Positions 54,913 to 64,000 of a stretch of 64,000 nucleotides of DNA are shown piece after piece (positions within the stretch are counted from its first letter, which is position 1; each line of letters begins with the position of its first letter). A program made the position numbers and the translations under genes. The notes beneath the pieces were generated by a model, which made no database searches, was not told the DNA's origin, and worked only from the letters and a program-made list of their open reading frames with translations. The DNA is taken from contig NW_003314261.1 of the NCBI RefSeq assembly GCF_000143415.4, forward strand, positions 2,243,266 to 2,307,265, read 5' to 3'. Source of the DNA: Selaginella moellendorffii (lineage: Eukaryota; Plantae; Lycopodiophyta).

Positions 54913-55342
54913 NNNNNNNNNNNNNNNNNNNNNNNNNNNNNNNNNNNNNNNNNNNNNNNNNNNNNNNNNNNNNNNNNNNNNNNNNNNNNNNNNNNNNNNN
55001 NNNNNNNNNNNNNNNNNNNNNNNNNNNNNNNNNNNNNNNNNNNNNNNNNNNNNNNNNNNNNNNNNNNNNNNNNNNNNNNNNNNNNNNNNNNNNNNNNNNN
55101 NNNNNNNNNNNNNNNNNNNNNNNNNNNNNNNNNNNNNNNNNNNNNNNNNNNNNNNNNNNNNNNNNNNNNNNNNNNNNNNNNNNNNNNNNNNNNNNNNNNN
55201 NNNNNNNNNNNNNNNNNNNNNNNNNNNNNNNNNNNNNNNNNNNNNNNNNNNNNNNNNNNNNNNNNNNNNNNNNNNNNNNNNNNNNNNNNNNNNNNNNNNN
55301 NNNNNNNNNNNNNNNNNNNNNNNNNNNNNNNNNNNNNNNNNN
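54913..55342. other. Assembly gap (others at 31721-31820 and 59538-59638)
   Basis: N runs. Confidence 0.99.
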
Positions 55343-55433
55343 TTACAGTTATACCCTTTGTTTTGACGAATGCACCGACCACATGCAATCGGTTGATGAC
55401 GGAGATATATGGGCGTAATCTTCATGAGTTTCT

Positions 55434-56883
55434 TGTGAGACACACAATCCGTAGGCCACATAGTAGAGCCGGAGGCGTGCCATGTGGTAGTGTCAGAAGC
55501 ATAAGCCAAACGGCTGTAACACGTTTGGACTAAAAGCTCCACGTTGTAAGCTCGAGAGTAGTTGGAACCCGTAACTAAGTGCTTGAGGAATGAGCACGAA
55601 GCGAGCCATAAGCAAGGCTCCAAAAAGGGACCCAAAAAGGACTAACACATGACACGTGGAAGTGTCCAAGATGGACCCGAGTTGGAGTCCGAAGTGGAGT
55701 CCGAAGTGGAGTCCGAGAAGGACTTGAGATGGAGTCCGAGGTGGAGTCCAAGGTGGACCCGAGATGGAGTCCGAAATCGAGACCGAGACCGGGACCAAGA
55801 CTGGGACCGAGACCGAGACTGAGATCGGGACTGAGACCAAGACCGAGGCCGAGGCCGAGACCGAGCCCGAGCTCGAGTTCAAGTCCGAGTCCGAGTCCGA
55901 GTCTGAGAGGGTGAAAGCCCAAAGCGTTCGTCTCCCAGACCCTGGGGGGTTTGGTGAGCTCCAAAAGTATAGTAGGGGGAGGACTGCAGTGGAGCCAATT
56001 TGGCCCAGGAAGGCCAGACCTAGTGTTGGGTGATGAGCTGCCCACTGGGAAGTCCAAGACTAGAGTGAACACGGACCGACAAGCGGGGTAGCTTGGTGAA
56101 GTGTTCAAGAGCCGGCTCTAGTTCCCCCGGGAGATCGACTGGCTGATGCTCCCAGTCCAAGTGTGGGTGGCACTACCTACTTGGATACCTGTCGTGGCTC
56201 AATGGAACCTCGCTCTAAGCCCATGGCTAGAGCACCTAAAGGCGGAAGGCAAGGAGAGTACCCAGGTGGCTCACGTAAGGCCACGGTGTTTCGAAATGTT
56301 GTCCCAAAGGCCCAAACTGTGGAAAGGAAGAGGAGCAGTCCTCTGGGGTAGTGACCAAGGACACAGTCGTGTGGTGAGGAAGTCCCAGAGGACCGTGGGA
56401 CTTAGTGATCGGGCCTGTGGGCCTTGATCTAGTGGCAGTGTCGGCAAACACGGCCAGGGGCAGAAAGGGACTTAGTGGGGACTGACAGAGGGATATTGGG
56501 GAAGGCTATTCCCCTTGTCGGTGGGCATTCTAAGGATGCTAAGGAGTGGATCTGAGATGACCACTCACGGATGATTTGCCTAATCTTGGAGAGCCAAGAC
56601 TGTGATGCAAGTGGTATTGGACTACCAGTGTGGCAAAGGTGATTGGGCATGGCCTTAGCATAACAGGCTGCCATGTCGATGGTACCTTTGAGTGTCGATC
56701 GTGGGATCGGACACGTGGAGCACTTGGACCAAGTGCAAATGTTGAGTGGCATAGATGCCATTCTCGGGGCTAGCAAGTCCCGAGTCCTAAATTGGACTTA
56801 TGGAGGTTGTGATTGGGACTCCTCCAAGTGGTCGGAGGTGTGGTTAAGTGACTAAAGTAAAATGGAAAATTTAGTCGCTTACA
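55434..56883 (+). mobile_element. Family D solo LTR inserted in the RT of E
   Basis: TGTGAGAC...GTCGCTTACA with near-TSD TTTCT/TTTGT; splits LHEF|VDIFLDNILVF. Confidence 0.88.
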
Positions 56884-57039
56884 TTTGTGGACATTTTCTT
56901 AGACAATATTCTTGTTTTTAGCAAGAATATGAAGGAGCATAGGGTGCATTTACGCAAGGTTTTTTTATTACTTTGAGACAACAAACTTTATGCGAGGAAG
57001 AGCAAATGTGAATTTGCAAAGTTGGAGGTGGAAGTCTAA

Positions 57040-57668
57040 GGACTGGGACCGAAGGGCATTGGGTGGGAGTGAGCATGGACGTGGTTGGTGATGGAGGGGC
57101 CATCCAAGGAACTGTGCAAGAGCAGCTCCCACTCCCGAAAGGGAAACCGACTGCGGTGCTCCCGGCTCATGTGGAGTGGTGCCCCACTTAAGTACCATGC
57201 GGCTCATTGGTCCTCGCCCTTTCTAGGGGCTTGGACCTTCCCTTTGGGATGGAAGTGGGGGGGTAGAGGTACCCATAATGGGCCGTTAGACCACGGTGTT
57301 TCGCCCCTGTGTCCCGAAGCAAGTTTTGCACTCAAGACTTGGGATTTAAAGGGTCCCATGATCAAGTCTTGTGGTACCAAGGGATGTTAGGAACCTAGAA
57401 GCTTGGTGTGCTTGGCTGCTTGTGCTTGTGGGGAGTGTAGCCGAACCTTAAGTCCAGTCTAACCCGGGGAGGGGGATTGGGAGAGATTTGGGAATCCGTG
57501 GATGGATGGCTAATACTCCGTTGCTCGTGCAGTGAGTAGCTGAAACCAAGTAGGAGCTGGTACCATAGGCAGGAACCTTAGCAAGGGAACTTAGCAAAAG
57601 CCAAGGCAGTGTTGGACGGATAGACGAAGTAAGCTGGCAAATTGGAAAGGAAAAATTTGTGGCTTACA
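57040..57668 (+). mobile_element. Truncated family B LTR (3' half) inside the pol of E
   Basis: Reverse complement of about 41794-42420; ends AATTTGTGGCTTACA. Confidence 0.85.
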
Positions 57669-60419
57669 GCTATTCCTTTGACGCAGTTGTTACACCAGAA
57701 TGTACCATTCAAGTGGAAGAAGCCACAAGATGAGAGTTTTGTGGCGCTGAAACAATTGTTGAGCAAGACTCCAGTGCTTCGCATTGCTGGTCCATCAAAA
57801 CCTTACAATGTGACATGTGATGTGAGTGGTTATGCACTGGAGGAGTTCTCAAGCTAAAGGGATAGCTTATTGCATATGAGAGTCGAACTTTGAATTCCAT
57901 GGAGCAACGCTATTCCACATATGAGCAAGAGTTACTCTCTATTGTTCATGCTTTGCGGACGTGGCGGCACTATCTTTATCTTTGCGAGACCAGATGGAAG
58001 CTCCTTTCTCATTGGTGGATGGGATTTTCTACTACAATGGCCGTGTATATTTGCCACAGGTGGATGCATTAATTACTCAAGTTTTATTCCACTATCATGA
58101 TCATCTAGAGGCCAGTCATTTTGGGGGGAAGAAGATGTATGAGTTGATTAAGCACAACTTTTATTGGAGGAATATGAAGACTAATATCCTCAAGTATTGT
58201 AAATCATGCGAGCTTTGTCAGTGGGTTAAAGTGCCATGGGAGAAGCCGAGGGGACTTTTGCAACTTTTACCTATTCTTTAGAGCCGTTGGTGTAGTATCT
58301 CTATAGACTTTATCACTTGTTTGCCATGAACACAAAGGCAAAAGGAGCAAGTATGGATCATAGTGGATCAATTAATAAAGTATGTGCAGTTGTTGGCTCT
58401 TTGGAAGAATGTCACTACCTCAAACTTGGCTGCAGTTTACTTGGAGAAGGTTTTTCCTGATTTTGGTTTGCTGAAGGACATCATTAGTGATCGAGATTCA
58501 AAGTTCACCAGTGGATTTTGGAAAAACTTTGCAAAGGCTATGCAAGTGACTTTGAAACTCTCGAGTGGAGATCATCCTCAGACGGATGGGCAAACCGAGT
58601 GTGTGAATCAAGTGGTGGAGGATATGCTACGTTGTAGCATTGGTCAAAGGCAAGGATAGTGGGATTTATATCTTTTGTTGGTGCAATTTGTTTATAATAA
58701 TAGCCAACACAGTGGAACCAAGTTAAATCCTTACTTTGCCATGTTTGGAAGGCATCCTCGAACAACAGTGGAGTTGGGATTGCATTTGAGTAAGGACGTT
58801 CAAGATAAGCTTGATTCCGAGGCAATTGATCTGGCCACAAAACTTGATGAAATTCTGGTGGTGTGCAAACAAAATTTGCAAGCAGCTCAGGATAGAGCGA
58901 AGAAGTTTGCCAATGAGTATTGCCAATTCCAAGAATATAAGGTAGGTGATCTCGTCTTTGTGCATGTGATCTTTCTGTCAAGTGAGCGGTGGAACACCTT
59001 GGTGCCTTTACAGACAAGGAAGAGTGATAAACTTTCCTATCAATATGTTGGTCCATATGAAGTGCTGGAGCGCATTGGTAAAGCGGCTTATAGGGTGCGG
59101 CTGCCAGCTGAGGTGAAAATTCATTCGGTATTTTATGTCAGCCAATTGAAAGGTGTACTATCTCGGAGTGACGGGCCTAATGCCTCCTTGATGTATATGG
59201 CTCTGGAAGATGGACTAGGAGCTTGAGCAGAGTTCCCCAGAAAGGGTGATCACGGATACAACTCGTCCTTGGGACAAGGACTTTGTTGGGGGGGAAGAAT
59301 TGTTAGGCGCAAGCTTTGACTACGTGGTCAACATTGGTCAAAGGGAGGCTTAAGGGTATATTAAGGCATGTTAGGGTAAGGGACTTAACCTACCCTGGGG
59401 GCTCACAGTGGAGTGGCGGCACAATGGAGCTTATGAGGTAGCTCGGTAGCTCGGGGGTGGTTGGGTGGTGAGGAACCCTCAGAGGCGGCGTAACATAGTC
59501 TAGGGCGACTAAATCTCTATTTTTTTTGCGCCGGATCANNNNNNNNNNNNNNNNNNNNNNNNNNNNNNNNNNNNNNNNNNNNNNNNNNNNNNNNNNNNNN
59601 NNNNNNNNNNNNNNNNNNNNNNNNNNNNNNNNNNNNNNGGGGGGGGGGGGGGGGGGTGGATATGGGGGATTCTAAATGTATAGTAAGGATATTGGGTAGG
59701 TCAGATAGGTCAGATATGGCTAACCAACCTGAGGCATAGTCTAACTCCCGCTTGCATACTTGTCTTTGTTTTGCATCCGACTTGAGTTTAAGCCCAAGTT
59801 CAATTACCATGTTAGTTGGTGGAGTACCCATATCCTCGCATTATGCCATTGGTATGCTAAAATAGCATCAAACTCCATTTAGCTTCATTTTGTGTTTTGG
59901 TCCTAACATTGGAATGTTGAATGCTCTAGGACTGTTCCAAATTGCTCCGTGCTCCTGTCCCTTTGCTCTTTGGGTTATATACTCAGGAGTTATTATATGT
60001 TCTAGTATCTTCACTCCTTGGCTCCATGTTTAGGAGTTTGGCTTCGTTCCTTCATTCAGTGGCCCAAGGTCCTGAAACTCAGGTTCTGCTCCACTATCCT
60101 TTGGACACATGGCATGTGTCACATGGCATATAACACGTGGCACATAGAGGGTTTAGGTTTTGCTTTGTGGTTATCCTATGGTAAATCACCATAGAATCAA
60201 GGGTGAAAACCATGTGCACTACATTTGGTATCAGAGAATATGTCTCAACAAGTATTATCTGATGAGATTGGGCAATGAAACTCATTATATACACAAAAAT
60301 GAAAACAATGATCCGAGTGGGTACACGTTTGGGTGCAAAGGCTTTGCAATCATTCCTTGGGTATGGATTTAGTTACATCTTTATACCATATGATGTGAGC
60401 TTGCTCTTGGGCTTATACG

Positions 60420-61020
60420 TGTAAGGAATCAACTCCCCAAGGTGTTATAGGTTAAAGGATCCCCAAAAGCACGACCAAAATGATAAAAAGTTCATCGGAT
60501 GGGACTGAGTTTGAGATTGAGTCCAAGACCGACTTTGAGACCGAGTTCGAGACAAATCCAGGATCAAGTTTGGGGCCAACTTCGTGGCCGAGTTTGAGAC
60601 CAAGTTCGAGACTAAGTTCGAGACAAGGTTCAAGACTGAGTTCGAGACAAAGTCCAAGATCAGGTCCGAGACTAAATCTAAGGTCAAGTTCGAGGTTGAA
60701 TCTAAGATTGGGTCCAAGGTCAAGTCCGAGATCGAGTCCGAGTACTAATATAGGTTGAGGGATGAAAGCCCAAAGCATGTGTCTCCTGAGGGGGGGGGGG
60801 GGATGTGTACCAAGTGATGTTAGGAATCTGGAGGCTTGGTGTGTTTGGCAGTTTGTGCCTGTGGGGAGTGTAGCCGAACCTTAAATCCAATCTAACCCAG
60901 GGAGGGGGATTGGGAGAGATTGGGAATCTATGGATGGATGGCTAATGCTCCGTTACTCGTGCAGTGAGTAATTGAAACCAAGTAGGACCAAGAAGGAGCT
61001 AGTACAATAGGCAGGAACCA
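60420..61020 (+). mobile_element. Diverged family B LTR with an internal deletion, interrupted by a LINE
   Basis: Starts TGTAAGGAATCAACTCCCC (compare TGTAAGGAACCGACTCCCC); has the tandem array and the GAAAGCCCAAAGC module. Confidence 0.8.
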
Positions 61021-64000
61021 ATGGGCCACACACCCCACGCTGACACATGCCACCCCCAGGGAAGCGCCATGTACCCCGGTCACCATCCACAAACCCCAGA
61101 CGATAAAAATTCCTCTCCGCACCAAAAAAAGACAAGTCCACAGTTCTCCTCGCCGGCGCCAACACGGGAGCACGAAATGGAGAGAAAACAAGCACCCGCC
61201 GTCCTGCACCAAAGCAAAGGTCAACCCTCTCCCTTTCTCGCACCTCCCCGTGACTACAGCTCCCCTCTTCCCCTTGCTCTCCCCCACCCTCCCCACCATT
61301 TCCCCGCTGACACCCGCCCTCTTTTCTCCAATCTGCCCCCCAGCACAAGCTTCTTCCACTGCCACGCCTCCTCTCCCCTACACCATTGTCCCACATCGTT
61401 CATTGGACACAGGAGTCTCGCTTCTCCTCTTCGGCGCGGCATTGATCCTCAAACATCTTGCAGCCACTCGGAGTCAACGGAACATGCCAAGAACAAAGCA
61501 CGCACGCAAATGTGGGATCCTCGTGGACGAGGAGGAACACTCGACAGGAGACACGATCACTCAAGCTCCGCTCAAGGAGCACCTGGCGCGCCCGAACACA
61601 ATCCAGAACCGGACAGAGGACGAGGAAGCGCCCGAACTAGTACCCACCCCGCTCTCGGCAGCAAAGAACACGGGGATGAAACTGTCCATCAAGCTCAAGC
61701 AATGTCCCCCGCCACCACCAAAGCCTGATGCTCCCCCCGTGGAGAACGAACCAGACATGGCGCAACCAACAAGCGATCCAACTTCTTCCCCAGCCTCCTT
61801 AGCGGACACAGTTAAAGTTCCAAGGAAAAAGCCAGTGGGGAAGAATCCCAAGAAGCTGAAAGGAGGAACCGCTGCATCCTCATCCAGACAAGCCCCAGCC
61901 ACGAGGTCTACAGCTGCACTGACACCAGCCACGGTCCCCCCCCCTCCGCCCGGCACTAGAAGGCCTCGGCACCTATGAAGACGAAGGAGCTGATGAGACC
62001 CAAGGACAACCATCAGACTCACACGCCCCCTCCCCAACGGGCAGTGACCTTATCCTGAACACACAACAGCGGGACCAACTCACTCAGGCCCTGCTGGGAG
62101 ATCCCAGTACCGAAGGCACACATCTTGATTCGCCAACCCCAAAGGAATCCACACGGCTCACTGCTCTAGCGCCACGCCTATATATTGGCACCAGCTCCGG
62201 TCCTGCGCCTCCAACCATCCCAGTAGTTGAGCTCTCCCCTGCCCAGGAAAGTCCACGCCCAACGGAGCACGTGTCAGCCTCACTGCCACAGCTCGCAAAA
62301 ATGAAGGAATCAGAGGTGCTGTATCTGGGATGGACGCGCGTCGAGGAACTAAATGTCGAAGTCGACAAGGCAACTTCCAACTGGTCCAATGCGGCACCCA
62401 CCCTATCCGATGTCACAGTCCCAATTCTGGGGGAGATCCAAGTCGAAGCCAATGAGATCCTCATGGAGCTACAACAACGCCAAGTCCTAGAAGCCAAGAC
62501 AATCATCCTTGCAATCTTTGAAGGAGGCAAACCAGACCGGGAGCTAGCCATGCAGTGGTTGGACGAATGCTTCCAAGAGGTAGGAGTTGCTTTTCGGGGT
62601 CGGCAGGTCACATTCCTCGGCTGCAACTGCTACACCATCGAAGTCTGCACCGAGATGAACTGCCACACACTCATCACCACACAACGAATCACACGGCCAA
62701 CCTACGAGTGCTTCTTCTACCGCTACCCGCCGGGCTTCTCACCAAGCCAAAAGGAGACGATCCATAGGCTGACGATGGAACTGGACCTCATCATCGACGA
62801 CCTCTCCGAAACCAACAACACCCCGGTGTTTCTAGCCATGATTGTTGAAGGGTTTGCACAGTACCTGGGGAAAAAGGCCACTCGGGAGGAATTAGGCGGA
62901 CATCTCATCCATGTCCTGTTCACAGGTAAAGCTCCCATCCCCTACAAGATTCGAATGCTTGGCAAGGTGTACTTAGTCCACATCGTGGAGTCTCGCACAA
63001 CACCCACAACCACACCAGCACCATCCGCACAAGTTGAGAGCCGCAAATGCAAGCGAAGCCCGGACCCTCGGACTGGAACCTCAAAGAGACCACCTGGCCA
63101 GGATTCAGTGCACCACACCGGACGCGCACAGGGATGGAGAGATTCGCCCAATCGCTCCTTAGGATGGGGTGCTGCGCCATCAGCTCAACGGTCGCCCTCT
63201 CCAACCCAGCCTCACTTGGAACGGTCGCCGGAAGTGAACACCCAACCCCACGCCAAAGAATCCGTCTCTAGGTCCTCTCAGCGCCTGCTGGATGCATGTC
63301 AGCACCTCACGACCAAGGCAGTACCTGGCAGTGTGGCATGGTTCACCCATAGGGTACACTCTCCCATCCTTCCATATGGCACGGAATCAGCTCCCGGACC
63401 AAGGCCTTCATGCTTTCCTTCAGGCCTCTGAAATCATCAACGACATCCCGTACCGAGTGGAAGTGGACAAGTGCACTATAGTGGGCAGCAACATGGACCT
63501 GTATGCAGCCCTCCTCACCAAAAGTGGTGTCACCCCCGCGAGAGGAGGGAGAGATCGCGAATTCTCGTGGGTGGAACGCGGTCGAATCTCAATCAACAAT
63601 GACAATGACTGATCTCAGCGTACTCTCGTGGAACGTAGGAGGCATTAGTAAGGACGGAGTGCTATGGAATGACAAGAAGGCAAGGCTACAACAGTACCAT
63701 TGCCAGTTAGAAGGAGTGATAGGAAAGTGTGACTTTTTCTGTTTCCAGGAGCATAGAATGCAAGAACACTAGACAATCTTTAAGTTTTCACAAGGTGAAC
63801 ACTTCTGGAACCCTACAGTTGGAAGGAGAGGAGGCACCCTCATCATTGCCAAAGGACCATGGCAGTCCCTCGGCACCTTGCACTAGATCCTAATCCCTGG
63901 ACGTGCTCACATGATAGTGATAAAAGTAAATGCCCGAACCATAGGCCTGTTGAACATCTACACCCCGGCATCCCGCTCCACCTCACGAGCACACTTCTTC
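61021..64000 (+). mobile_element. L1-like LINE, 3'-truncated by the window edge: C-rich 5' region, degenerate ORF1 (~61484-63430), ORF2 APE endonuclease from 63605
   Basis: ORF2 MTDLSVLSWNVGGI...CDFFCFQEH, GRRGGTLII, PGRAHMIV, LNIYTP are APE motifs; in-frame stops present. Confidence 0.85.

Larger units (their letters stand above)
51268..59542 (+). mobile_element. Ty3/gypsy element family E with short (~235-bp) LTRs and degenerate gag-pol; carries three nested LTR insertions
   Basis: LTRs at ~51268-51501 and 59301-~59542 (end in gap); PBS TGGTATCAGAG at 51503; PPT GGGGGGGAAGAA before 59301; LLDSGS protease, RMCIDYR/KIDL RT, SDRD, HPQTDGQTE, VGPY; multiple stops. Confidence 0.9.
50690..60419 (+). 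mobile_element. Second family A element: 5' LTR split into 50690-~51267 and ~59639-60223 by element E; PBS 60226-60236; internal start 60237-60419
   Basis: TGTCACGAATATGAC start homologous to 31172/45108; second half ends CACTACA-TT-TGGTATCAGAG; the following sequence matches 32315-32495. Confidence 0.85.

Noticed and set aside
54335-55635. Long ORFs of 200-340 aa
   Set aside because: Artefacts of translating through the N gap and LTR repeats.

Overview
Eukaryotic land-plant genomic DNA, not prokaryotic. The very short GT-AG introns (about 50-100 nt), tight gene spacing, PLS-type PPR remnants and chromodomain Ty3/gypsy elements suggest a lycophyte such as Selaginella (inference). The left 27.5 kb is gene-dense. 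It holds intact-looking GrpE (5'-partial), NUG2/GNL2 nucleolar GTPase, AMT1 ammonium transporter, RUS5-like DUF647, a TauD/clavaminate-synthase-like dioxygenase and an ABCC5/MRP5-like transporter. Between them lie decayed copies (VPS41, PPR, F-box, a RUS5 5' end, ABCC remnants, one folded into an inverted repeat). The right ~35 kb is a deeply nested cluster of LTR retrotransposons, solo LTRs, a MITE and a LINE. The main finding is a young, full-length chromovirus (35119-42941, minus strand, TSD ATACT) whose integrase is split by two canonical-looking GT-AG spliceosomal introns (46 and 52 nt). Removing them restores the HPQTDGQTER and KLTQRFAGPY motifs exactly. Retaining them truncates integrase just before the catalytic Glu. 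This suggests an intron-bearing LTR retrotransposon family in which splicing gates integrase production.
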